Notes: generated by a model from the sequence alone, not told the origin. Shown: positions 45,484 to 54,459, numbered from the stretch's first letter. The stretch: DNA of 64,000 nucleotides from Candidatus Falkowbacteria bacterium (GCA_013336275.1 JAAXUA010000001.1:270167-334166), one strand, 5' to 3'. Numbers and translations are program-made.

Positions 45484-47394
45484 CTACGGCCGTTCGCGTA
45501 CTGCCGGTACGGGTACGGAGGTTTTGAGCGGGAGTGGCAATGCGGCTGGTTCGGCGGCTTGGGCTTCAGTTACGCCACGGTTGGCCCATGAATTGACGAC
45601 ATGATGATAAGCCTTCTTGAATGTCCGATCGAAGTTCCAGACTACATTGGCACCGAAGGTGTCACTGGGATCATCTTTGCCGATATTGAAGCGGTAGCGG
45701 GCCGAAGGTTCGAGCTGTTCTTCGAGAACTTTGGCTCCGACATAAGGCTCGACGCCGGTCATCTTGGCGCCTGGAGTGTGGTCTACTACCAGACCAACGA
45801 GCGGTTCGACCTTGTCGCTGGCGTAAAGGGACGCTTGTCCCATAAGCGCGAACTGTGATTGGTCGCGTCTCGGGTCCTGGGCGGCGGTCATTGCTTTGCC
45901 GTTCACCCATGACTGCTTCTTGCCGCCGATGTCGATGTTGGCGCTGCCGGCAACCTGGACTTCGCTCGGCCAGTCGTGGCCGGTCTTGTGCAGATGCCGC
46001 GCTTCGACATTGATTAGTTCGTTCTCTTCCCTGCCTTCGTAGCCGGTGTTGTTCTTGGCCCAGCCCTCCTGTTCGCCGTAGCGGAGATGCAGGATTGAGA
46101 GGTCGTTTGGCTGACGTACTTCGAGTACGCCGCCATAGACTATCTGGTTGCCTTTGAACTTCAACAGGCCGCCATTCTTTTCTCCGAACTGTCCGTCCCA
46201 ACCGACGCCTTTGATTGAAGCGCCGGGATAGAAGGTGCGGTTCTTATCGCCGCAGTACCCGGGGAAAATATCCATCTCCCCGCCATAGATCATCTCTTTG
46301 TCCTTGTTAGGGTAGTTGACGCCCCAACGCGGTGCGATGAACAGGGCACCTTTGTAATCAGGCGTCCATTTGCAGCAGGGTTTTTCAGCCGGCGGCGGTG
46401 GTGGGGGTGTTTCTTTCTGCGGTGGCAGTGGTGGCTGAGGCGGTGTTTCTTTCTGCGGCGGTGGCGGTGGCGGTGGCGGTTCGCCCTCCTTCGGCGGTTG
46501 CGGCGGTTGCGATTTGGGCGGTTCCTGCGGAATTACCGGTACGGCTGGCGGCAGCGGGCGAGAGCTGATCTCGAGGTTGTTGCACTTCGATGTCAGCGTG
46601 ATCGTCCACAATCTGCCTTTATGTTCGAACTCGGGCCAGACTTGCGCCTGGAGCTCTTCTTGACCTGACCAGCGGGCCGTATGGACCCAGTGGTAGTTTC
46701 CGAAAAGTATCCAGTCGAAATCGGTGCCGGGTTTGACAGTGGTTGCCTGCGGAGTGGTTGAGGTGAAGGTTTTGACCAGGAGATTCTTCAGTTCCTGGTC
46801 GTCGGTCGGCAGCAGATTCAGGGCTTTGCGATGGTCGCGCTTCCCGAAAGGATTGCCGCCGGCTATCGTCCAGAGGAATACTCCGGCCGAAGCTTTAGCT
46901 GCAGTTTTGCCCGTGTGCGTTTTTCCCGCCTGCTTGGCTTTGCGTTCAGCTGGCACCGAAGTGTCTGGCTGGACGATCCCATTGACGATCGGGATTACCA
47001 AAGCTTGGTCGGGGTGGATCAGATGTGGATTCTTGATGCCAGGGTTGGCTTCATGGATCCTAGTCCACTGGCTGCCGTCGCGGTAGTAACGCTCAGCGAT
47101 CGTCCAAAGGCATTGGCCCTTGATGACTACATGCTTGAGCGAAGTTGCGACTGCGGCCTTCTCGCGCGGTTGCGGCGGTGCGGGCACGGATGCTGGCACC
47201 GCGGCTGGCTGGGCTTGGCTGGCTCTAGAAACGTGGCAAGCGATACAAGCTTGCTGTTTCTTGGCAACCGGCTGCTGCACGGCTGGCTTCGCGATAGCGA
47301 CTGTCTTGACCGGCTGCTCTTTATGCTTGGAACCCATGAACAGGGCTATCAGCACGAAAAGCGCGATCAGTGTCGGCATGATCAACTTTTTCAT
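45484..47394 (-). CDS. Membrane-anchored LysM-domain protein with Pro-rich linker and beta-rich C-terminal domain (orphan)
   Basis: TM span MKKLIMPTLIALFVLIALFMG; CIACH motif; LysM (HVVIKGQCLWTIAERYYRDGSQWTRIHEANPGIKNPHLIHPDQALVIP); PPKEGEPPPPPPPPQKETPPQPPLPPQKETPPPPPP; ~280-aa C-terminal domain. AAGGAG SD 6 nt upstream. Confidence 0.7.
   Translation of the reverse strand: MKKLIMPTLIALFVLIALFMGSKHKEQPVKTVAIAKPAVQQPVAKKQQACIACHVSRASQAQPAAVPASVPAPPQPREKAAVATSLKHVVIKGQCLWTIAERYYRDGSQWTRIHEANPGIKNPHLIHPDQALVIPIVNGIVQPDTSVPAERKAKQAGKTHTGKTAAKASAGVFLWTIAGGNPFGKRDHRKALNLLPTDDQELKNLLVKTFTSTTPQATTVKPGTDFDWILFGNYHWVHTARWSGQEELQAQVWPEFEHKGRLWTITLTSKCNNLEISSRPLPPAVPVIPQEPPKSQPPQPPKEGEPPPPPPPPQKETPPQPPLPPQKETPPPPPPAEKPCCKWTPDYKGALFIAPRWGVNYPNKDKEMIYGGEMDIFPGYCGDKNRTFYPGASIKGVGWDGQFGEKNGGLLKFKGNQIVYGGVLEVRQPNDLSILHLRYGEQEGWAKNNTGYEGREENELINVEARHLHKTGHDWPSEVQVAGSANIDIGGKKQSWVNGKAMTAAQDPRRDQSQFALMGQASLYASDKVEPLVGLVVDHTPGAKMTGVEPYVGAKVLEEQLEPSARYRFNIGKDDPSDTFGANVVWNFDRTFKKAYHHVVNSWANRGVTEAQAAEPAALPLPLKTSVPVPAVRERP
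46406..46477. repeat. 36-nt-period coding repeat (Pro-rich linker)
   Basis: GGTGTTTCTTTCTGCGG occurs at 46406 and 46442; encodes PPQKETPP units on the minus strand. Confidence 0.7.
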
Positions 47395-47656
47395 GACTTG
47401 CTCCTTTCCTCCAGCAGTTGGATACTGGAAAAATTGAAATCCTTTTGCGCACCATCACCTGATTCCTGTTTCTTCCGAGCTAACGGAAGCGACATGCTGC
47501 GCTTTGAGAGCGCAACTGCGACGGACCCGACGGGTCAACGCCTAGCCTGCTGGGAGCCTGCGGCTTCCTACCAGCTTACTTGGGAACTAGCTGAGTGTGG
47601 CAATGCAACGTATAAGCGGACTGCGTATTTGGATGCGACCGAAGCCGCAAGTGAAG

Positions 47657-48589
47657 TTACTCAGCCAGGAAGAATTTCGGTATGTACCCCAGTTTGCTGA
47701 GGCAAGCGTCATAGCGACGGTTATACCGGAACATCCTGGACACGTCGCCGGATGATGGCTGGTACTGATCATAGCCTACGGAGTTCATCTTGTCCGCGAT
47801 GAAAATCTCGGGGACGGTGATGAACTTCATGGCGGCGATGATTATCGCTGATTCCCTGAAGCCGACGAACGGCAAGGTCACCAGGATCTTCCAGTCGCTG
47901 CCAAGCCACTGGGCAAAGTTGTAAACCTTCGAATCCTTCCACATGATCTCCTCAAGCTGTTTTTCTGTAAGCTTGCTCGAGGGGTTGAGGGTCAGGCGGT
48001 GTTCCTCCGCCAAGTACTGGCGCATCCACTTCACTTCCTTGACCAGGGCCCCCGCATAGATATCGAGGAGCTGCCGGTACTCGGGTGAGTCGGTGCTCAT
48101 TGCCTTGGCGAATTCCTGCCCAGTACCGAACTTCGGCATGTGGGCTTCAAGCTCTTTGTAGTCGATCTTGCCCGCCTCTTTCAGTTTGACTTCGGTGCCC
48201 TGTCCGTAGGCGGCAGTCATGGTGCGGTTAAGCACGGCGACCAGCGCGCCATCGAAATCTTCGGGCTTAGCCATGGGTACGGTTATGAACAGGGGTTTGG
48301 TGCAGGCCATGTCGACGAGCGGATTGTCGAACAGGCTGACGGCATGGAGTTTCAGCGGTTCCCGTCCGTCCTTGTAAACTACGCGGACGGGCCAGGTCGT
48401 TCTCTGTTCCCCGCCTTCTGCCAGGTCAAGCTGCGGATGAAGCGGCAAGGTCATAACCATGACCTGCTTCACCTGCTTGGCAGGCAGAGGCACGAGGTGC
48501 ATCTCTTCCTTGCGCATGAAGTCGTGTGAGCAGCCGGAAACGAGGCTGCCGAACATCAGTGCTGCGATAAGCTGTCTTGCTGTTCTCAT
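47657..48589 (-). CDS. Lipoprotein, orphan
   Basis: MRTARQLIAALMFGSLVSGC (lipobox LVSGC). AAGGAGG at 48595..48601; ATGA overlap with the upstream gene. Confidence 0.6.
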   Translation of the reverse strand: MRTARQLIAALMFGSLVSGCSHDFMRKEEMHLVPLPAKQVKQVMVMTLPLHPQLDLAEGGEQRTTWPVRVVYKDGREPLKLHAVSLFDNPLVDMACTKPLFITVPMAKPEDFDGALVAVLNRTMTAAYGQGTEVKLKEAGKIDYKELEAHMPKFGTGQEFAKAMSTDSPEYRQLLDIYAGALVKEVKWMRQYLAEEHRLTLNPSSKLTEKQLEEIMWKDSKVYNFAQWLGSDWKILVTLPFVGFRESAIIIAAMKFITVPEIFIADKMNSVGYDQYQPSSGDVSRMFRYNRRYDACLSKLGYIPKFFLAE

Positions 48590-49050
48590 GACGCCCTCCT
48601 TTCGGCTTGCTCGTTGTAGCTGGCGCCGGTGATGTCGATCACCTTCCTGTCGCTCAGCTTGGTAATGATTTTCGCGTCTTCCAATCGGTTGAACTGCTCC
48701 TGGAAACGATCCGGTTTCTTAAGGCAAGTCCTAATCGAGTGGCGCAAGCTTTCGATGTTTGAACTGTTGAAATTCTGGCCTGAGGCGTTGACGAAGGGCG
48801 AGTACCAGATGCCGTCGTGGTATTTGACCTTTATGGCATAACCGCTGACGTACACCTCTCGCGTTTCTCCGTCGTGCTCCTCGAGTTGCCGCAAGGCATT
48901 CCCTTTGATCGCCTCGCGCAAGGTGCGCCTATCCTGGTATCGGAACCAGAACAAGAGGCAAAAAAGGAAAATTATCCCTGCCACACCCATGGCGCACATC
49001 AGGTTCCAGAATTCATCGGTTCCGAACTCCATACTGAACATGCTGAACAT
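48586..49050 (-). CDS. Single-pass membrane protein, orphan
   Basis: TM span LMCAMGVAGIIFLFCLLFWF; GGAAGGAG 6 nt upstream (49057..49064). Confidence 0.55.
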   Translation of the reverse strand: MFSMFSMEFGTDEFWNLMCAMGVAGIIFLFCLLFWFRYQDRRTLREAIKGNALRQLEEHDGETREVYVSGYAIKVKYHDGIWYSPFVNASGQNFNSSNIESLRHSIRTCLKKPDRFQEQFNRLEDAKIITKLSDRKVIDITGASYNEQAERRAS

Positions 49051-49191
49051 AGCGTACTCCTTCCTGATTTTTCCTCAATCTAGAGGAGGATTTTCGGTCA
49101 TCTGACCGGTGTTGTCACGTGTTGTCAATGAGCCTAAGCTTGTCTCTTTCTGATCCCGTCAACGAGACTGGAGCAGAGGCGAAACAACCTT

Positions 49192-50088
49192 CTAAAGCAG
49201 GTTGCTGATATTGCCTTGGTTCAGGATATCGTCAAGGTCAAAGTCATCACTTATTGCCGGCTTAGGCGAAGGCCCGGCGGCCGGCTGCGCGACCGGTTCG
49301 GCTGGCCGAGGTCGTGCGGGTTCCGACTGAGCCTGGACCTCTACTGGTGCTGGCTCAGGACAAGGAGTTGCCACTGCCTGCTGCTGGGGAGCTGGCTCGA
49401 TCGGCATCTTTTCTGGCTGCGTCTCCTGGACGGCCTGGATGGGCGCCGGCTCGATGGAAACTTTGGCGAAAAGGTAAAGGTAGAACAGGCCGAAAATCAA
49501 ACCGATGACCGGACCCAATATCATATTCAAGACGATATTGGGGCGGACCGGCCACTTCGAAACGATGGGCTGGTCGATCACCCTGATTTCAACCTTATCA
49601 CCAGTACCCAGAAAGACGCTGCTCTTATTCTTCAAAGCTAAATCGACGGCTTGAGCCACCTGCTCGGCCTGATATTTGTCGGCATGAAAAACCGAGATCT
49701 CGATCACACCCAAATCGCCATAAGACCTGGCGGCAATCATTTTCTGCCATGTCTTGGCGCGCTCTCGCTGGTCGTTGCTGAAATAGTCCTTGTCGACATT
49801 CAGCCCCGAAGCTAAGACCTCCTCCAGGAACGAATTGGAAGCGACGATCTTGGTCAAGACGCCGCCCAAATACTCGTTAGCCTTGGCAGCGACAAAAGGA
49901 TCGGTACCCTCTTGGCTATTCTGGATGATCAGCAAACGTGACTGGGCTCGGAACTCGAGCGGACGCAAAAAAGTGAAGGCCATGGCAAGTAGCACGAAAA
50001 TAAGGACGCTTGTCACCAAGGTCAGCTTGCCTTTTTTGATCAATTGATAGAATTGGGCTAATTCCATATGAGTCTTACGGCTAGACAT
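49192..50088 (-). CDS. Wzz/polysaccharide co-polymerase-like chain-length determinant with Pro-rich tail
   Basis: N-terminal TM span (LTLVTSVLIFVLLAMAF) followed by RPLEFRAQSRLLI; second TM span (ILGPVIGLIFGLFYLYLF); PEP/PAP-rich C-terminus. Confidence 0.6.
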   Translation of the reverse strand: MSSRKTHMELAQFYQLIKKGKLTLVTSVLIFVLLAMAFTFLRPLEFRAQSRLLIIQNSQEGTDPFVAAKANEYLGGVLTKIVASNSFLEEVLASGLNVDKDYFSNDQRERAKTWQKMIAARSYGDLGVIEISVFHADKYQAEQVAQAVDLALKNKSSVFLGTGDKVEIRVIDQPIVSKWPVRPNIVLNMILGPVIGLIFGLFYLYLFAKVSIEPAPIQAVQETQPEKMPIEPAPQQQAVATPCPEPAPVEVQAQSEPARPRPAEPVAQPAAGPSPKPAISDDFDLDDILNQGNISNLL

Positions 50089-50149
50089 TCAAAGCCCCGA
50101 CTACGCTAAAGATATCGGGTTTATAAATGATAGTTCAAAATGATTAATT

Positions 50150-50178
50150 ATGGTAACATTTTATTGTAAAAATGTCAA
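50150..50178 (-). promoter_or_regulatory. Candidate promoter (TTGACATTTTTACA type) for the Wzz-like gene
   Basis: Minus strand TTGACA (50178..50173) - 17 nt - (TGT)TACCAT (50155..50150). Confidence 0.35.
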
Positions 50179-50200
50179 TAGCTTATTCGGCCAAGGCAAC

Positions 50201-50222
50201 AAAAAAATGCCCCTTCCGGGCA
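50201..50222 (-). terminator. Terminator after the 50263 regulator gene
   Basis: TGCCC-cttcc-GGGCA hairpin with a 7-U run on the minus strand. Confidence 0.55.
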
Positions 50223-50262
50223 AATCTTTTAGTTTCAGCGAATTTTCTCTATTTTTTGCTAA

Positions 50263-50859
50263 CTATACGCCAAATTCATCAATAAGAATCAAGCGCTTCC
50301 CCTCGAGGATATTATAAAGGAAGACATCAGTCATACTCAAGCGGAAGGAGAACTCTCCCGGCTCCATAAAGGTGAAGTTCACTTCTCGCCCTAATTCCTG
50401 CTCCAATTGTGCCAAAAGGGCGAGCAGCTTGACCTTATTGATCTTGCCGACTATCAGGATATCGATCGGCGAGTCGGGCAGATTCACGAAAATACCGGTC
50501 AGGACCAGCAGCTTTATCCGGCCCAGCTTCATCAGGCGATCAAGGAAGTCTCGTTCATAAAGGATCTGCGATTTGACGATTAACGCCTTAAGCTCATCTT
50601 TGAGCACGAAATTAGGATCGAGGCGGTAGTGCTTCTTTTCTTGCCGCGGAGCACCCTTCTCGTCGCTATTAACCTCTTCGGCCATGACATGCTCGACCAT
50701 GCCGAACTCCTCCAGATTGTCCAACTCTTTCTTGACCGCCACCAGCTGGAGCTTGAGCATCTTGACGATCTCGACCAAAGTCAGGCGCCGGTCAGGCGAC
50801 AACAAAAAAAGCTTCATCAGCTTGACGCGGGTTCGTGATCCAAAAAGCTTCTCGAGCAT
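50263..50859 (-). CDS. Putative winged-helix transcriptional regulator
   Basis: MLEKLFGSRTRVKLMKLFLLSPDRRLTLVEIVKMLKLQLVAVKKELDNLEEFGMV (ArsR-like wHTH) plus an uncharacterised C-terminal domain. Confidence 0.45.
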   Translation of the reverse strand: MLEKLFGSRTRVKLMKLFLLSPDRRLTLVEIVKMLKLQLVAVKKELDNLEEFGMVEHVMAEEVNSDEKGAPRQEKKHYRLDPNFVLKDELKALIVKSQILYERDFLDRLMKLGRIKLLVLTGIFVNLPDSPIDILIVGKINKVKLLALLAQLEQELGREVNFTFMEPGEFSFRLSMTDVFLYNILEGKRLILIDEFGV

Positions 50860-50976
50860 AGTTTAAGATTACCTGTTGCTAGCTTATACTGCTTGTTCTT
50901 TACTATTATTTTATAGTATAATATAGGGGTAGTCAATTCGTTATTGGCTCTATTTTTTATAGTGAGTTGAAGAAAA

Positions 50977-53199
50977 ATGTTTTATAAAATTGCTCAACTC
51001 ATCCTGACGCCCACTCAAAAAAGCAGCCAGCTGGGCGAAGTCTACCTGGCCCAACCCGATGCCCACAAAGAAGGGCTTGCCGGGCGGCTTTTCATATTGA
51101 TCGAACTGCCAGCCAATGCCTCGGGCGGAGCCAAATTCATCAATTACCTGGTCAGCGAGCTGACTCATAACTACTACCAGAACGAGAAACTGATCCTGCG
51201 CGAAAGGCTCTCTACGATCAAGATTGAGCATATCTTCGAGGCGGCTTTAGCCAAGACCAACAAGAATTTGGCCGATTTCATGCAAAACCCGGTCATCGAC
51301 TTCGAGTTGCGGTCAATCAACGCCACGGTCGGGGTAATTTTCGAAAATGAGCTCCACTTCTCCGTCATCGGTGCCAACAAGGCTTTCCTGGCCTACCTGA
51401 ATCCTAAAGACTTAGACGGACGCGATTATCGGATCACTGAAATCACCGGCAGGGTCGATTCGGAACCGGTTGCCCCCGTGGTGGCCACCAAGATCTTCTC
51501 CAACGTCATTAATGGCCAATTGCCGGAAAAGGGCTACTTCATATTTTCCAACGAGGCCTTGCCTGAGTATGTCTCTTCCAAACAGCTCATGGAAATCGTC
51601 ACCACCCTCTCCCCCGTCTCCGCAGTCGAACAATTAAAGAACCAGCTGGCCAAAGTGAACGCTTACGTTTCATTCCTGGCGCTGATCATCAAGAATACTG
51701 TCGGCCAGGCAGCCAATCCGGCAGACCGCATCATCTTGTCCGGCTCAAGCCAGAACTCGATCAACTCGCTCAATTCGACCGAACAGGCCACTGAACGGCT
51801 GCTGACCCCCTCGGGAGTAATAGACCTTAAGTCCTGGATTCAGAAAATTACCCGCTGGCGCCCCAAGCTGGGCGTTTCCCTGCCTCGATCGGCAAAAGGC
51901 GGGCAACTTTCCATCTCTGACCGGGTTGCCAGCAAGAAAAGAACCGGCCTATTCTGGCTCAAAAAATCATTCCAAGTCGTTTTAGCTTTTTTCTTAGTAC
52001 TGTTCGATCTGATCAAGGGCTTGCCCCAATTCTTAAAAGCCGACCGCTGGCAGAAAAGCCTCAACTCGGCCAAACAAAGGACTGCCAGCTTTTTCCTCTG
52101 GTTCAAGAACTTGGAGCGTAAGCACCAAGTGGTAATAGTGGTCGTGCTCGTAACCCTCGGCTTTTTCGTCGAGAATCTCTTCACCCTAAAACAACGGAAC
52201 TACGAAGAAGCCTTAGAGCAGAATCACCAAGACTCAGCCAAGCTCATCGAGCAGAAAGAAACCGCCGTCGAATCCAGTCTTATTTATAAGAACGAGGACG
52301 GCGCCAACCAGATCCTTTCGGAAATCAAGCCGCTTCTTGACCAATTGCCCGCCGATGACCCTCAATATGCCGAGCTGTTCAAGAAATATGAACAGCAGGT
52401 GGCGAAGCTCCGCAAAGAAAACAAGACCAACCCCGTCGAAGCGGCCAACTTCGCTCAAATCAGCCCTCAAGCCAAGCCAGAAAACCTGTCGTTGATTGCC
52501 GGCCAGCTAGTCGCCGGCGACGCAGCCAATTCTGCCATTTACCGATTCGACCTGGCAACCAAGTCAGGGACGATCAAGAACGATTTCACCGACCAGGTCT
52601 CCGAACTGCGCTTGCCTGCCTTGGACGAAAAATCAGCCAGTTTCCTCAACAAGGACAAGGTCATCGAATTCGACCCGACGACCGGCAAGGCCAAGCAATT
52701 CAACCTGGAACCCCAAGGCAATCCCATCGGTATCGCCAATCAGGCTATTTATAATGGCAAGCTATACCAGCTCAACAGCGCCGACAGGCAGATTTATCGC
52801 TTCAACAAGACAAGCGCTTCATACTCTGGCGGCTCTGCCTGGCTGAAACAGCCAGCCAATGAGCTGGCCGGGGCAGTCTCGCTGTCAATCGACTCCTCCA
52901 TTTTCGTGCTTGTCGACAATGGGCAGATTTATAAATATCTCCGGGGTGAACCCGAACCTTTCACTACCCCCAAGATCCAGCCGCCAGTCGCTAAAGCAAG
53001 CAAGCTTTTCATTACGGACAAAAAAATACTTATCTTCGAGCCGGCCGCCAAACGCATCATCTCTTTAGACAAGAACGGCAACTTCATCAACCAAGCGACC
53101 TTTGCCGGTTTGAACGAGCCTCGTGACGCCGCCTTCTCAGCCGACGGCAGCAAAGCCTACATCCTCTCCGGCTCCAGTGCTTGGGAAATCAACTTATAA
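50977..53199 (+). CDS. Large membrane protein: cytoplasmic N-domain, two TM spans, coiled coil, repeat-rich (propeller-like) C-domain
   Basis: 740 aa; TM spans FQVVLAFFLVLFDLI and VVIVVVLVTLGFFV. C-terminal recurring motifs AIYRFD, QIYRFN, GQIYKY, KRIISLD. Confidence 0.45.
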   Translation: MFYKIAQLILTPTQKSSQLGEVYLAQPDAHKEGLAGRLFILIELPANASGGAKFINYLVSELTHNYYQNEKLILRERLSTIKIEHIFEAALAKTNKNLADFMQNPVIDFELRSINATVGVIFENELHFSVIGANKAFLAYLNPKDLDGRDYRITEITGRVDSEPVAPVVATKIFSNVINGQLPEKGYFIFSNEALPEYVSSKQLMEIVTTLSPVSAVEQLKNQLAKVNAYVSFLALIIKNTVGQAANPADRIILSGSSQNSINSLNSTEQATERLLTPSGVIDLKSWIQKITRWRPKLGVSLPRSAKGGQLSISDRVASKKRTGLFWLKKSFQVVLAFFLVLFDLIKGLPQFLKADRWQKSLNSAKQRTASFFLWFKNLERKHQVVIVVVLVTLGFFVENLFTLKQRNYEEALEQNHQDSAKLIEQKETAVESSLIYKNEDGANQILSEIKPLLDQLPADDPQYAELFKKYEQQVAKLRKENKTNPVEAANFAQISPQAKPENLSLIAGQLVAGDAANSAIYRFDLATKSGTIKNDFTDQVSELRLPALDEKSASFLNKDKVIEFDPTTGKAKQFNLEPQGNPIGIANQAIYNGKLYQLNSADRQIYRFNKTSASYSGGSAWLKQPANELAGAVSLSIDSSIFVLVDNGQIYKYLRGEPEPFTTPKIQPPVAKASKLFITDKKILIFEPAAKRIISLDKNGNFINQATFAGLNEPRDAAFSADGSKAYILSGSSAWEINL

Positions 53200-53211
53200 C
53201 CTTCTCCAGAT

Positions 53212-53245
53212 AAAAAAACGGGCGTACTTGCGTACGCCCTGTTTG
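53212..53245. terminator. Bidirectional terminator between convergent genes
   Basis: AAAAAAA-CGGGCGTAC-ttgc-GTACGCCC-TGTTTG. Confidence 0.65.
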
Positions 53246-53257
53246 CGGTTTGAGCCG

Positions 53258-53773
53258 CTACTGTCTTGGGAGGAAATGCACCGAATGATCCGTGCCGGCC
53301 AGGAGGATGCCCTCAGTATCAGGCATGATCTTCATGTCGAATTCGGGGAGTGAGGTCGTCACTTTCCTGAAGTTGATGAAGGTAAAACGCCGTTCACCGA
53401 TGATCTTGTCGACAACCTCCACGATGGCAGTGATTTCGTGCCCGAAGTCAAACGGCGTAATGCCATAGTAGTGGCAGTTGACGAAGACTCCCTTGAAGTT
53501 CTTGACGTGGTGGTAATGGGCCGGAACCGACTTGCCTTCGATTATCTGCTCTGTCTGCAGCCGAAGACCGCCAGCTTTAGGCACTTTGACCTCGACGTCA
53601 GGCATAAGGGCCATCACCTTGCGTTCGCAAACCTTCGGCGCAGCACTCTGCACCAGCAGTTGGTGGGATTTGCGGTCTTCGCCTTCGAGACCATTGATGT
53701 CATCCTGGATCGCGAATGCGGCGAGGGCGAGCGACAAATTGGTGTTTCTGAATTCTGCTTGTTCGGTTTTCAT
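53258..53773 (-). CDS. Orphan hypothetical protein (171 aa)
   Basis: Start set at MKTEQAEF with AAGGAGG 6 nt upstream (53780..53786). The ORF track extends to 53830. Confidence 0.5.
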   Translation of the reverse strand: MKTEQAEFRNTNLSLALAAFAIQDDINGLEGEDRKSHQLLVQSAAPKVCERKVMALMPDVEVKVPKAGGLRLQTEQIIEGKSVPAHYHHVKNFKGVFVNCHYYGITPFDFGHEITAIVEVVDKIIGERRFTFINFRKVTTSLPEFDMKIMPDTEGILLAGTDHSVHFLPRQ

Positions 53774-53967
53774 TGACTGCCTCCTTGTGGTGGTTGTGGC
53801 AATTCCTAGGGATGAGTAAAAGCTCCTCAATTGACGTGACCGCTAAAATCCAGCGTTATAAGTATTTCCTCTCCTTGTTTAAGGTGCCCGCTTTTAGCAA
53901 AAAGCGCGAATTTATATTTATAACACATTTATGTATAATTGTCAACTAAAGCCCCCTTTCTCAGCAA

Positions 53968-54003
53968 TAAAAAAAGACGCCTCTTACGAAGCGTCTTTTT
54001 TTT
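53968..54003. terminator. Terminator after rplL
   Basis: AAAAAAAGACGC-ctcttacgaa-GCGTCTTTTTTTT. Confidence 0.7.
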
Positions 54004-54016
54004 ATTGTAAAAGGAT

Positions 54017-54427
54017 TTACTTCAAGGTAACCTTGCCGCCAGCCTCTTCGATCTTCTTTTTGATGTCATCGGCTTCTTCCTTCTTTACGCCTTCCTTCAC
54101 CATCTTAGGAGCTGCGTCTACCAAATCCTTGGCATCCTTCAAGCCCAAAGCGGTGATTTCGCGGACAACTTTGATCACGTTGATCTTGTTGGCGCCAGAG
54201 TCAGTCAATTCGACGTCGAAGCTGGTCTTCTCTTCAGCAGCCGGAGCAGCTGGGCCGGCAGCAGCCATCATCATGGCAGGTGCGGCAGCGGATACGCCAA
54301 ACTTCTTCTCGAGAACCTTGACCAATGCGGCCAGGTCGATGACGCTCATCTTTTCGATTTCAGCAACGAGCGCCTGGAATTTTGCAGGAACCTCTACGGT
54401 TTCCTCAGTCTTGATTTCTTCAGTCAT
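54017..54427 (-). CDS. rplL: 50S ribosomal protein L7/L12
   Basis: Ala/Pro hinge ([21 protein letters not shown]), C-terminal [21 protein letters not shown]...[20 protein letters not shown]. Confidence 0.95.
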   Translation of the reverse strand: MTEEIKTEETVEVPAKFQALVAEIEKMSVIDLAALVKVLEKKFGVSAAAPAMMMAAAGPAAPAAEEKTSFDVELTDSGANKINVIKVVREITALGLKDAKDLVDAAPKMVKEGVKKEEADDIKKKIEEAGGKVTLK

Positions 54428-54459
54428 AGTTTTTTACTTAATAATTTTTTATAAATGTT

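Noticed and set aside
46380-46520. Short-period GC-rich direct repeats that could be mistaken for a repeat array.
   Set aside because: The repeats are in frame within the LysM gene and encode a PPQKETPP/poly-Pro linker. There is no spacer/repeat organisation of CRISPR type. No CRISPR array, cas gene, transposase or integrase was seen anywhere in the window.
45484-47394. CIACH (CxxCH) as evidence for a c-type cytochrome.
   Set aside because: It is a single motif in a 636-aa protein, with no other heme-protein features and no cytochrome maturation genes in the window. I kept it only as a low-weight note inside a finding.
46831-47700. 289-aa plus-strand ORF spanning the LysM gene 5' part and the spacer.
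   Set aside because: It is antisense to a gene with an SD, a signal/TM anchor and a LysM domain. Its translation is Arg/Leu/Trp-rich with no motif, and it crosses a structured non-coding spacer.
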